Shown piece by piece: positions 31,464 to 41,288 of a DNA stretch of 64,000 bases (positions are counted from its first letter, which is position 1; each line of letters opens with the position of its first letter). The position numbers were made by a program, and so were the translations under genes. The stretch spans positions 480,001-544,000 of the forward strand of contig CAWIPH010000001.1 of assembly GCA_963837955.1 (NCBI GenBank). The letters run 5' to 3'. The DNA comes from an uncultured Verrucomicrobiae bacterium. GTDB lineage: Bacteria; Verrucomicrobiota; Verrucomicrobiia; Chthoniobacterales; JAFAMB01. The notes beneath the pieces are model-generated. The model saw only the letters and a list, made by a program, of their open reading frames with translations. It ran no database searches and was not told the DNA's origin.

Positions 31464-32102
31464 ATGGCTCGATGTTTCATAGCGCCCGAACTGATTCTCG
31501 ATTCGCGCCTGGCTCTTTTCCATAGCTCGGAGCGATGGCTGGCTGTTGCCGATCTTCATTACGGTTACGAGGTTAGCCAACGCCAGCGTGGGTTTCTGCT
31601 CCCGTTCTGGGGGATGCAGACAATTGAAGATCGATTACACGAGTTGGTGCGGGACTACGCCCCGACGGCGCTGATTCTTCTCGGAGACATTATCCATTCT
31701 GGCGTGGCTGAAGGCGAAGCAATGCGCTTCCTTGCCAATTTAGCGCTTCTCGGCCCGGAACTGTTGCTGATACGTGGAAATCATGATCGCGGTTTGCGCC
31801 AGCCTAAATTACAGAGCTCGGTTGCGCTTGGCCCTTATCTTTTCCATCACGGCCACCTACCCATGGATTGTGAGCCGCATATAGTTCAAATCGTCGGCCA
31901 TTTACATCCCAGTTGGTTGTTTTCCGATGGCGCCGGGAACCGTCTCCGCCTGCCGGCTCTCGTCCGAGTAACCAACCAAATTATTCTTCCAGCTTTTTCG
32001 CCCTGGGCCGCTGGCGGCCGACTCTCATTGGAAACCCCTCTGGAGCTCTGGGTCTGCTCGAAGACGCGCGTCTTTCGGGTATCCGGCGAGCAGGACAAAT
32101 GA
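31464..32102 (+). CDS. Metallophosphoesterase (PdeM/ICC-like)
   Basis: VADLHYG, LGDIIH, GNHD, HGH, GHLHP, LPAFS. Confidence 0.8.
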   Translation: MARCFIAPELILDSRLALFHSSERWLAVADLHYGYEVSQRQRGFLLPFWGMQTIEDRLHELVRDYAPTALILLGDIIHSGVAEGEAMRFLANLALLGPELLLIRGNHDRGLRQPKLQSSVALGPYLFHHGHLPMDCEPHIVQIVGHLHPSWLFSDGAGNRLRLPALVRVTNQIILPAFSPWAAGGRLSLETPLELWVCSKTRVFRVSGEQDK

Positions 32103-32125
32103 GAGATGGCAAATTCTAGAAGGCC

Positions 32126-32245
32126 GCATGCGCGTCAACATAAGGCCGATGTCTGGTCTTCTGCCCCGGACCTGGGAGGGCGCACGTCCTCGTGCGCCGC
32201 GGATCGCGAGGACGCGATCCCTCCCGCCGGGGTTTTAACCCAGGA
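32126..32245. repeat. Host repeat containing the 52-bp REP doublet (32174-32225)
   Basis: GCATGCGCGTCAACATAAGG...CTGCCCCGG + doublet + GCCGGGGTTTTAACCC. Confidence 0.9.
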
Positions 32246-32330
32246 ATCGTCGGAAGCGAGCGGTCTGAGAAACGTGAAAACCGGCTCGCTCCGACTTCTG
32301 CCCATCACGCAATCTGTCTCGACGCGTTAG

Positions 32331-33479
32331 CTAGTTGTTAGAATTTTCGTCCTCGATCGGATGAATGAAACCGAATAGCCCGTGCGCCTCACCCACTATC
32401 CCAGCGGTGAAGTAGAGACGGTTCTGCAAAAAGAGGAGTGACCATAGACCCTCAAATACCAGCGGTTGTCCCTTGCGGTGTTCAAGCGTTCCGAGAAAGA
32501 CTCCGCTGTGGACGTTGTAAGCGTTGATCTGGCCGTCCCCAAAGTTACCGACCAGCAAGACTTCGTCATCGAATTTGCCAAAATGGCTAGGCACCCTTGC
32601 TAATCCCCACGGAGAGTTCAACAGGCCTCCAGTGATCAATCGCTTGGTGAATTGGCCTTCGGTGGTGAAGACATCAACAAAACCGTTGCCTGGGCCAGCC
32701 ACATCGTCATGCTTTACCGCGTTTTGGGCAGCGTAAGTGACGTATATGGAACCATCGATGCTGGCAATGTCGAACGGCGCCCACCCAGAGGCTCCAGCCG
32801 GGATGGGTGGTGGATTGGGATCCTTAAAGGTACCGGTGATGCTGGCCGGCTTAAAGTTGCCGTCAAATACATCAACGGTTCCGTTATGAAAGTTTGCTGC
32901 GTAGAGGGTTGGACCGCCGTTTGGACGACTAGCCAGAGCCAGGCCTTTATAGACGGAGCTCTTTGTCGGGTCGGGGGACGAATTGTCGACTTTGATAACC
33001 GCGCTGGTGATCGGCGTTAGTCCACCATTCCAGGCTGTGACGCTACCGTCCTCGCCGTCGAAGATGAACGCAGCCGGCTGGCCGTCAGAGAGGAGGAACG
33101 CGTTGGTAAATGGGTTGAAGACGGTGCCAGTAGGTGCAGCCAGAGGCGGCGTTTGTGTGTCCGCAGAGGTTGGCGGAATAGTCACCACCAACGAAACGGG
33201 CGTACCATCGGGCTGGTAAAGCGTCGAAAGTCCGGAGTTGTTATCTGCCACCCAAAAAACTCCTCCCGGCCCGCTGATCGCTAAACCCCATGGGTTTACT
33301 AGATTCGGGTCGGTGCGATCGGCGGCACCTGGCACATCGGTCTGCAAATTTTCCCAATCAAAAAAGTTCGGTGTAGCCGCCTGCACGCTAGCGCAAGGAA
33401 ACACCGCCGACGAAAACTGCAGCCCGGAAACGACAAGGGCCACGCCAAAAGAGCGGAGAGGAATGCGAATTATTTTCAT
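32331..33479 (-). CDS. TIGR03118 family secreted protein
   Basis: DPNLVNPWG, WVADN, PTGTVFN, YKGLA, LNSPWG, LLVGNFGDG.INAY, HGLFG. Confidence 0.9.
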   Translation of the reverse strand: MKIIRIPLRSFGVALVVSGLQFSSAVFPCASVQAATPNFFDWENLQTDVPGAADRTDPNLVNPWGLAISGPGGVFWVADNNSGLSTLYQPDGTPVSLVVTIPPTSADTQTPPLAAPTGTVFNPFTNAFLLSDGQPAAFIFDGEDGSVTAWNGGLTPITSAVIKVDNSSPDPTKSSVYKGLALASRPNGGPTLYAANFHNGTVDVFDGNFKPASITGTFKDPNPPPIPAGASGWAPFDIASIDGSIYVTYAAQNAVKHDDVAGPGNGFVDVFTTEGQFTKRLITGGLLNSPWGLARVPSHFGKFDDEVLLVGNFGDGQINAYNVHSGVFLGTLEHRKGQPLVFEGLWSLLFLQNRLYFTAGIVGEAHGLFGFIHPIEDENSNN

Positions 33480-33642
33480 AAGTCAGAAACGCTGACAAGG
33501 AGGAGCTGTGCTGATCGGCGGCGTGCCGTCAGAGGCTCCTCCCGCAAAATAGACCACCGGACGTCGAATTTATTCCTCGGGGTGTAAACTCTTGGTGAAA
33601 ATCGCCCTGCGTGGATGCGATTTTCGAATTAAACCTCCCCCT

Positions 33643-36600
33643 ATGATAGATCAGGTGCCGGAGTTCTGGATCGACCGGGGAGGCACGTTCACCGACATCA
33701 TCGCAGTTTGGCCGGGCGGCCGGCTCCGCACATTGAAACTGTTGTCCGAAAACCGTGAGCACTACGCCGACGCCGCCTTGGAAGGAATTCGGTCTCTTCT
33801 CGGTCTGAATACAGCCGACCCGATACCAGCCGAGTTAATCCATTCGGTGAAAATGGGAACAACGGTCGCGACAAACGCCCTGCTGGAAAGGAAGGGAGAA
33901 CCTACCGTTTTGGTCGTAAACAAGAACTTAGGAGACGTTCTGCGGATCGGCTCTCAACAGCGTCCCCGTCTTTTCGATCTCGAGATCAAATTGCCTGTTC
34001 CGGTTTATGAGCGGGTAGTTGAAATTTCCGGCCGGCTTTCGGTCGAAGGGACCGAATTGGAGCCGCTTGACGAGCGACGAACCGAGATTGTTTTGAGGGA
34101 AGCGTTCGCCAGCGGCTATCGCGCAGTTGCAATAGCGCTCATGCACAGTTTTCGGTTCCCTGAGCATGAGGCGCGGGTTGCCGAGATTGCTCGGACGATC
34201 GGCTTCACCCAGATCTCCGTCAGCCATGAAGTCAGCCGGTTGATTAAGCTGGTTCCTCGGGGGGAAACCACCGTGGCCGACGCGTATCTCTCACCGATTT
34301 TAAGCCGGTATGTCGACCGGCTTCACCAAGCGTTACCAAACGTGCCGATCTTTTTCATGCAATCGAATGGTGGCCTGGCCAGCGCCGCTCAGTTCCACGG
34401 AAAGGATGCGATTCTATCTGGACCCGCGGGCGGAATGGTTGGCGCCATCAAAGCGGCTGAAGGGGCCGGTTTTCTAAAGATCGTAGGATTCGATATGGGC
34501 GGCACATCAACCGACGTCACCCACTTTGCCGGCGAGTATGAGCGCCGGTTTGAGTCCGAGTTAGCTGGCGTGCGGCTTCGGGTACCGATGCTTTACATTC
34601 ACACCGTCGCAGCGGGAGGTGGTTCGGTTTGCCGATTCGCGGGAGACCGGTTCCAGGTCGGCCCGGAAAGCGCCGGGGCGGATCCAGGACCAGCCTGTTA
34701 CCTGAAGGGTGGTCCGCTGACGGTCACGGATTGCAATCTGTTTCTTGGACGTATCCAACCGCGATTCTTTCCAACGATTTTCGGTCCGACTGGCGATCGA
34801 TCAATTGATCTGTTGGCAACGAAATCGCGCTTGGACCCAATAATGAAGGCAACGGGGCGATCTGGCGAGGAGGTGGCAGAGGGATTTATCTGTATTGCGG
34901 TCGAAAACATGGCCAATGCTGTTAAGGAAATCTCCGTCGCTCGTGGTTACTCCCTGAGCGATTACACGTTGGTTAGCTTTGGTGGAGCCGGCGGCCAGCA
35001 CGCATGCGCGATTGCCGATGCTTTAGCGATTGACCGGATATTGATCCACCCTCTCGCCGGCGTGCTTTCAGCCTACGGGATCGGTATTGCCGATCTGCGT
35101 CTGCTTCGCGAGTGTTCGATCGAAGCACCGCTGGATCAGCTCGGGTTCGCCCGCCGGCGACTCGACGAGTTGGAACTCGATGCGAGACAAGGAATCGAAC
35201 AGCAAGGAGCGACTCCGCATCGAGTTATCCGGCGTATCCACCTCCGTTACGAAGGCACCGATACCGCGATCCCATTGGACGAGAGGCCTCTCGAAGAGTT
35301 AGTCGGCGCGTTCGCTGCCTCGCACCAGAAGATTTTCGGTTTCACCATGAAAGATCGAGGACTCACCATCGAGGCCGTTTCGGTCGAAGCCATAAGCCGG
35401 GGTACCGCAGTCGCACTGGACCGTTCGGAAGTTGTGGGATCCAATGTGCCAGCCAGCGAGGTCCCGGTCTTTCTCGGGGGCCAATGGAGAAACACACCGG
35501 TCTGGAACCGAGACGAAATCATAATCGGTACACTACTGGAAGGCCCTGCTTTGATCGTCGAACCTCACGCGACGACCGTACTCGAAATCGGCTGGAGAGC
35601 TGAGATTACGCCCGAACGCAATCTGATCCTCACCCGAGCGATCCCACGTTCGACGCGGATAGAGATCGGGACTGCGGTGGACCCTGTTCAGCTCGAGCTT
35701 TTTCACAATCTATTCTTTTCAGCGGCCGAACAGATGGGCGCGGTCATTCGGAACACTGCCTACTCTGTGAATATTAAGGAAAGGCTCGATTATTCCTGTG
35801 CACTCTTTGACGCAAAGGGCCGGCTCGTCGCCAATGCACCGCACATGCCTGTTCATCTCGGTTCGATGGGGACCGCGGTCCGTTCGATCATCGACCGGCG
35901 AAAACATGACGTTCGCGCGGGCGATAGTTTCGCACTGAATGACCCGTTCCGCGGTGGTACGCACCTGCCCGACATCACGGTCGTCTCACCGGTATTCCAC
36001 TCTGGAGATGGACCGCTATTCTGGGTGGCGAGTCGGGGCCATCACGCTGATGTCGGCGGCTTAACCCCCGGCTCGATGCCGCCCATGAGTCGAGCCATAG
36101 AGGAAGAAGGAGTGTTGATCGATGACTTGCTGTTAGTGCGTGACGGCCAATTTCAGGAAAAAGCGTTAGTAGAAAAATTGACGCGGAGTTCTCTCCCGGT
36201 TCGCAACCTGTCGCAAAATCTTGGTGACATTCAGGCGCAGCTCGCCGCTAACCAAAAGGGGATTGCCGTGATGCTGGAGATTGTTGAGCGCTACGGTATC
36301 GAAGTGGTGAACGCCTATATGAATTACATCCGGCAGAACGCGGCTGAACAAGTGCGGCGGACCATCGAACGTCTGACACCGGGAGAATTTCGGCTCCAGA
36401 TGGATTGCGGCGCCCAAATTCAAGTTCGGATCACGGTAGATCGTAACTCCCGCTCAGCGCGGATCGATTTCACCGGGACTTCTGCGCAGGTCGCTGACAA
36501 TTTCAATGCGCCCTCCGCGATTGTTCGGGCCGCGGTGTTATATGTTTTCCGGACGTTAATCCCTGAGCCGATCCCGCTGAACGACGGGTGCCTGGAACCG

Positions 36601-37215
36601 ATTGAAATCGTTATTCCATCTGGCTCGATGCTCGACCCGAGACCACCGGCAGCGGTCGTGGCTGGCAATGTCGAGACGTCTCAAGCCGTGGTGAACGCGT
36701 TGTACGGGGCATTGGGAGTGCTCGCCGCCGCCCAAGGAACCATGAACAATCTGACTTTCGGAAACGATCGTTATCAATACTATGAAACAATCTGTGGCGG
36801 AGCGGGGGCAGGCCGAGGATTCCCGGGCGCTTCCGCGGTTCACACGCATATGACCAATTCTCGGATGACCGACCCGGAGATTCTTGAACTACGCTATCCT
36901 GTCATCGTCTCGGAGTTTCGGATTCGTGCCGATTCGGGTGGGAAAGGCCGTTGGAGGGGAGGGGACGGAGTCGTTCGACGGATTACCTTCCGTGAACCAA
37001 TGACCGTGGCGATATTGGCGGGAAGCCGACGAATTGCGCCCTTTGGTTTGCACGGAGGGGAGCCGGGCGCCTTGGGAAAGACGACCATCTGTCGGACAGA
37101 CGGGAGCCGGGAAATACTCGATAGTTGCGCGACGACTGACGTGCGACCTGGGGATTCTGTTGTCATAGAAACGCCGGGCGGAGGCGGCTTCGGACAAATA
37201 GCAAATAGCAAATAG
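33643..37215 (+). CDS. 5-oxoprolinase (ATP-hydrolysing), fused hydantoinase A/B
   Basis: IDRGGTFTD, GTTVATN, FDMGGTSTD, SVNIKERLDYSCA, HLPD, ETPGGGG. Confidence 0.95.
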   Translation: MIDQVPEFWIDRGGTFTDIIAVWPGGRLRTLKLLSENREHYADAALEGIRSLLGLNTADPIPAELIHSVKMGTTVATNALLERKGEPTVLVVNKNLGDVLRIGSQQRPRLFDLEIKLPVPVYERVVEISGRLSVEGTELEPLDERRTEIVLREAFASGYRAVAIALMHSFRFPEHEARVAEIARTIGFTQISVSHEVSRLIKLVPRGETTVADAYLSPILSRYVDRLHQALPNVPIFFMQSNGGLASAAQFHGKDAILSGPAGGMVGAIKAAEGAGFLKIVGFDMGGTSTDVTHFAGEYERRFESELAGVRLRVPMLYIHTVAAGGGSVCRFAGDRFQVGPESAGADPGPACYLKGGPLTVTDCNLFLGRIQPRFFPTIFGPTGDRSIDLLATKSRLDPIMKATGRSGEEVAEGFICIAVENMANAVKEISVARGYSLSDYTLVSFGGAGGQHACAIADALAIDRILIHPLAGVLSAYGIGIADLRLLRECSIEAPLDQLGFARRRLDELELDARQGIEQQGATPHRVIRRIHLRYEGTDTAIPLDERPLEELVGAFAASHQKIFGFTMKDRGLTIEAVSVEAISRGTAVALDRSEVVGSNVPASEVPVFLGGQWRNTPVWNRDEIIIGTLLEGPALIVEPHATTVLEIGWRAEITPERNLILTRAIPRSTRIEIGTAVDPVQLELFHNLFFSAAEQMGAVIRNTAYSVNIKERLDYSCALFDAKGRLVANAPHMPVHLGSMGTAVRSIIDRRKHDVRAGDSFALNDPFRGGTHLPDITVVSPVFHSGDGPLFWVASRGHHADVGGLTPGSMPPMSRAIEEEGVLIDDLLLVRDGQFQEKALVEKLTRSSLPVRNLSQNLGDIQAQLAANQKGIAVMLEIVERYGIEVVNAYMNYIRQNAAEQVRRTIERLTPGEFRLQMDCGAQIQVRITVDRNSRSARIDFTGTSAQVADNFNAPSAIVRAAVLYVFRTLIPEPIPLNDGCLEPIEIVIPSGSMLDPRPPAAVVAGNVETSQAVVNALYGALGVLAAAQGTMNNLTFGNDRYQYYETICGGAGAGRGFPGASAVHTHMTNSRMTDPEILELRYPVIVSEFRIRADSGGKGRWRGGDGVVRRITFREPMTVAILAGSRRIAPFGLHGGEPGALGKTTICRTDGSREILDSCATTDVRPGDSVVIETPGGGGFGQIANSK

Positions 37216-37249
37216 CAGATGGCAGATAGCGCGACGTTGGAACACGTTT

Positions 37250-37435
37250 CCCGGGTTAAAACCCCGGCCGGGAGGGATCGCGTCCTCGCGATCCGCGGCG
37301 CACGAGGATCCGACGTCGCGCTCAAAGCATTCTGCATCAGGCATCCGAAAGGGCTATGTCGGACAGGCTGTGCGCCCTCCCCGCCCCTTCGGGGCAGGGA
37401 ATAGACGTCGGCCTTATGTTGACGCGCATACGCGG
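37250..37435. repeat. Host repeat (minus orientation) with a REP doublet interrupted by a ~61-bp insert
   Basis: Doublet 37270-37308 and 37370-37381; insert 37309-37369 begins TCCGAC and carries GTCGGA near its end. Confidence 0.8.
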
Positions 37436-37533
37436 GTCGCCGCTACCACGGATGCCAACGACGGCAAGAACTCTCCTCACAGAGTGTGAAATTTCCAGAT
37501 AGCGACGCCGAGGAATCGCGGTTTGATTAAGTA

Positions 37534-38460
37534 GTGAGGTTGTTAGTGACTTCGGATCTGCACCTGGTCGGTCGGTGGCGCGAGATCGTGCTTTCTAGGT
37601 TGGCCGACTGGATCGCAGCTTGTCGGCCAGATGGGCTTGTGGTTGCCGGCGATTTGTCGGTCGCGCCACAGGCTGCAAACGCCTTGAAGCATTTGCGGGA
37701 CGTTTTTCCGAGCGGTCCGATCGCCCTGACCCTTGGGAATCACGACTTCTGGTTGGAGTCCGGCGACGATTGCCGTTCCTTGGCCGAAGTGATTGACCGC
37801 TGGTGGAAGCCGGCTGCAGATCAGTTCGCTATATCTCTTCTGGATCTCGAGAATCTCCCTCTGGGTGAAGTCACCTTGGTGGGCGCATATGGCCATTACG
37901 ACCTGGGGTTCCGCTGTCCCGATCTCCGCTATCAGGGAACTTTGGTGACGAGAGAACATTATTTGGCGGGAAAGCCACCGACTCCAACTCAGCTCCGCTG
38001 GCGAGATTTTTTCCACATGCCGCGCGACCTGAATCTTGCGTCGGTCGCTCAAAAACAAGTTCGCAGTTTCCAAGGAAGGCTGAAATTGGTCTCAGAGAAA
38101 CGTGCGTTTGTCGTCCTGCATACCCCGCCATTTGCAGCTTTGCTAGGCATCCCCGATATTTCGACAGTTAACTTGGAGGCGCCAAGCGTGTACGCTTTTT
38201 TTCGGGCGTACCTGGGAAATGAACAAATGGGTGAATTGCTTAGCGAAGAAAAGCAGCGGATAGTGGGTGTAATCTGTGGTCATACGCATCGCGAGGTGCC
38301 GCCGATTGATTTCGGCGGCTTTTTCGGCGTAAATGTTGGATCCGATTACGGGTCTCCCGCTGCTTATCTATTTGAGACGGAGACAAGCCGCCTAACAAAG
38401 CTGTCCGATCCAGGCGATTCGCCAGATTCGATGACGCAGAAGGGGATTTTGACTGCTTGA
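37534..38460 (+). CDS. Metallophosphoesterase (calcineurin-like)
   Basis: SDLH, AGD, GNHD, HTPP, GHTH. Confidence 0.85.
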   Translation: MRLLVTSDLHLVGRWREIVLSRLADWIAACRPDGLVVAGDLSVAPQAANALKHLRDVFPSGPIALTLGNHDFWLESGDDCRSLAEVIDRWWKPAADQFAISLLDLENLPLGEVTLVGAYGHYDLGFRCPDLRYQGTLVTREHYLAGKPPTPTQLRWRDFFHMPRDLNLASVAQKQVRSFQGRLKLVSEKRAFVVLHTPPFAALLGIPDISTVNLEAPSVYAFFRAYLGNEQMGELLSEEKQRIVGVICGHTHREVPPIDFGGFFGVNVGSDYGSPAAYLFETETSRLTKLSDPGDSPDSMTQKGILTA

Positions 38461-38468
38461 TAAACTCA

Positions 38469-38496
38469 TTGACGCCAACTGTCTCTAAAGTAATCT
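38469..38496 (+). promoter_or_regulatory. Putative sigma70 promoter of typA
   Basis: TTGACG-N16-TAATCT, then GGAGG upstream of ATG 38517. Confidence 0.45.
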
Positions 38497-38516
38497 TCCC
38501 GGCTCTCGGAGGGGAT

Positions 38517-40334
38517 ATGGACAAGATTCGTAACATCGCGATCATCGCACACGTCGATCATGGAAAGACGACGTTAGTCGACCAGTTGCTTCGGCAGTCC
38601 GGCACGTTTCGTTCGAACCAGAAGGTGGAAGAACGGGTCATGGACTCGATGGATCTGGAACGCGAAAAAGGGATCACCATCAGGGCGAAAAACGCGGCAT
38701 TCCAATACAAGGACTACCATGTAAACATCGTGGATACGCCGGGCCATGCCGATTTTGGCGGTGAAGTGGAGCGAATCATGAAGATGGTGGATGGCGTGCT
38801 TCTAGTCGTGGATTCGCACGACGGACCCCAAGCGCAAACCAAATTTGTGCTGCGCAAGGCGCTGGAAAATCACACCCAGCCGATTGTCGTTATTAATAAG
38901 ATAGATCGGGAGAACGCGCGCCCACACAAGGTGTTGGACATGGTCTTCGATCTTTTCGTGGAGCTGAACGCCACCGACGCACAGCTCGACTTCCCGGTTA
39001 TCTATGCCAGCGCCAAAGAAGGCTACGCCGTCCGGGAAATCCACGAGACGAACGACAATATGGAGCCTCTGTTCGAGGCGATTATCAAATATATTCCGCC
39101 CCCACCAAAGGCTGAGCAGTCATACTTTCAATTTCTGGCGTCGAATCTTGACTACAGCGACTATCTCGGGCGGCTAGCGTTTGGTCGCATCGTAAGCGGG
39201 CGTGTCTCGGTGGGTGACTCGGTCGTCTTAATTCACCTGGACGGTCGTCGCGAACGCACCAACGTTACCGCGCTGTTTGGACATCAGGGCTTAGAGCGGA
39301 CTGAAATCAAACATGCCGGGGCCGGTGACATTGTCGGATTGGCCGGCTTCGAGGAGGTCGCGATAGGAGAGACGATCACCGACAACGAAGATCGGCTGGC
39401 ACTCGAGTTTGTTCACATCGATCCACCGACCATCCAAATGAATTTTGTGGTCAACGATTCGCCGTTGGCTGGGCGAGAAGGTAAATTCTTGACCGCTCGC
39501 CATATTAAAGAGCGGTTGGTTCGCGAGGTGCGCACCAATGTTTCTTTGGGGTTCACCGAGACGGATCTGGCCGGCGTTTTCACCGTAAGTGCTCGGGGAG
39601 AAATGCAAATCGCAGTTTTGGTGGAACAGATGCGGCGAGAGGGATTTGAACTCCTGGTCTCACGACCCGAGGTCATCTTCAAAAAAGACGAGGCGGGCGA
39701 AGTACTGGAACCATACGAAACATTGTACGTAGATGTTCCGAACGAGAATCTCGGAGACATCTTACAATCGTTGGCTGGCCGGAAAGCGGAGATTGTAAGC
39801 ATGGACCACCAAGCCAAGAGCGTCCTCGTGGAATCGGTGATTCCGACCCGCGGCTTGATCGGTTTCGAGAGCGATTTGGTAAATCTGACTCGCGGTCTTG
39901 GGTCGATGAGTCACCTTTTCAAGGAGTACGGATCGCATAAGGGTGAAATCTCAAGTCGAGGAAACGGGGTGCTTGTGGCAATGGAGGGTGGTCTTTCCAC
40001 CGCCTATGCGCTCAACAACGTACAGGAGCGAGGTCGATTGTTTCTCTCCCCGCAAGAGGATGTTTACGAAGGAATGATCGTTGGGGAAAACTCCCGACCG
40101 GACGACCTGACGGTGAATCCGTGTAAAGCCAAGCATTTGACGAACATGCGGAGCCAAGGAGACGGCAAAGGCGTTCAGCTCGCGCCGCCCCTCAAAATGA
40201 GTCTGGAGCGCGCTCTAGAGTACATTGCTCCCGACGAATTCGTTGAGGTAACCCCAAAAAACCTCCGGCTGCGGAAAAAGATTTTGGATTCGCACGCTCG
40301 TAAGCGGGCGGCGGCAAAGCTGGCGACGGCTTGA
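38517..40334 (+). CDS. typA: Translational GTPase TypA/BipA
   Basis: [42 protein letters not shown]. Confidence 0.98.
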   Translation: MDKIRNIAIIAHVDHGKTTLVDQLLRQSGTFRSNQKVEERVMDSMDLEREKGITIRAKNAAFQYKDYHVNIVDTPGHADFGGEVERIMKMVDGVLLVVDSHDGPQAQTKFVLRKALENHTQPIVVINKIDRENARPHKVLDMVFDLFVELNATDAQLDFPVIYASAKEGYAVREIHETNDNMEPLFEAIIKYIPPPPKAEQSYFQFLASNLDYSDYLGRLAFGRIVSGRVSVGDSVVLIHLDGRRERTNVTALFGHQGLERTEIKHAGAGDIVGLAGFEEVAIGETITDNEDRLALEFVHIDPPTIQMNFVVNDSPLAGREGKFLTARHIKERLVREVRTNVSLGFTETDLAGVFTVSARGEMQIAVLVEQMRREGFELLVSRPEVIFKKDEAGEVLEPYETLYVDVPNENLGDILQSLAGRKAEIVSMDHQAKSVLVESVIPTRGLIGFESDLVNLTRGLGSMSHLFKEYGSHKGEISSRGNGVLVAMEGGLSTAYALNNVQERGRLFLSPQEDVYEGMIVGENSRPDDLTVNPCKAKHLTNMRSQGDGKGVQLAPPLKMSLERALEYIAPDEFVEVTPKNLRLRKKILDSHARKRAAAKLATA

Positions 40335-40483
40335 CAAAAGAGTCGTCTTAGGGTTTGGTTGCCTATCGCAAGGTGATTCGCTAACCGGCGGTTCTAAAGA
40401 CTTCTGTCTTCTCTCGGTCGCGAGCGGCTCATTGGCATAACCTTTTAACCCGGTTCTCAATCTATTTTTTTCGAACCCGAATT

Positions 40484-41236
40484 ATGGCGGGTCATAGCAA
40501 GTGGTCTAAAGTCAAACGCTTCAAGGGCGCCCTCGACACGAAGCGTGGCAAATTATTTAGCCGGTTCTCGAAAGAGATCATGGTGGCTGCTCGAATGGGC
40601 GGAGGTGACATGGATTTGAATCCCCGCTTGCGATCGGCGGTATTGGGGGCGCGAGGCCAAAATATGCCCAACGACACTATCGAACGCGCGATTAAAAAAG
40701 GGACTGGGGAAATTGCCGGTGGGTTGGTCGAAGAGTTGATTTACGAGGGGTATGGTCCAGGCGGTGTTGCCGTCATCGTGGAGGCAGCAACTGACAATAA
40801 GAACCGGACTGCGGCGGATATTCGAAGAATTTTTAGTAAAAATAATGGGCACCTGGCGGCAACTGGAGCCGTCTCTTATCTGTTTAAAAGAAAGGGACAG
40901 GTAACGGTTCCTCGAAACGCAGTAGAAGAAGATCAGCTACTCGAGATTACCCTGGAAGCTGGCGCTGATGATTTGATCGCCGATGAGGAGTTGTACGTCG
41001 TGACGACCCCGCACGGTCAACTTTATCGCGTGGGCGAAGCAATTCGGCATGCCGGAATCCCCATCGAAGAACAGAAATTGACTTTTATCGCAGAAAACAT
41101 CGTACCGGTTCGCGACTCCTCTCTGGCCGACCACGTATTGCGGCTTTGTGACGAATTAGAAGAGAACGATGACGTGCAAAATGTGCACAGCAATTTCGAT
41201 ATCGCGGAAGAGTTGTTAGCTAAACTCGCTCACTAA
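40484..41236 (+). CDS. yebC: YebC/PmpR family protein
   Basis: MAGHSKW, YEGYGPGG, TDNKNRT, DDVQNVHSN. Confidence 0.95.
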   Translation: MAGHSKWSKVKRFKGALDTKRGKLFSRFSKEIMVAARMGGGDMDLNPRLRSAVLGARGQNMPNDTIERAIKKGTGEIAGGLVEELIYEGYGPGGVAVIVEAATDNKNRTAADIRRIFSKNNGHLAATGAVSYLFKRKGQVTVPRNAVEEDQLLEITLEAGADDLIADEELYVVTTPHGQLYRVGEAIRHAGIPIEEQKLTFIAENIVPVRDSSLADHVLRLCDELEENDDVQNVHSNFDIAEELLAKLAH

Positions 41237-41288
41237 CCGGTTCAGGACACCAATTGCGCTAAAAGAGTAAGAAATTTTGGAGGAAGTT

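Noticed and set aside
40331..40360. TTGACA promoter upstream of yebC
   Set aside because: No credible -10 box at 16-18 bp spacing
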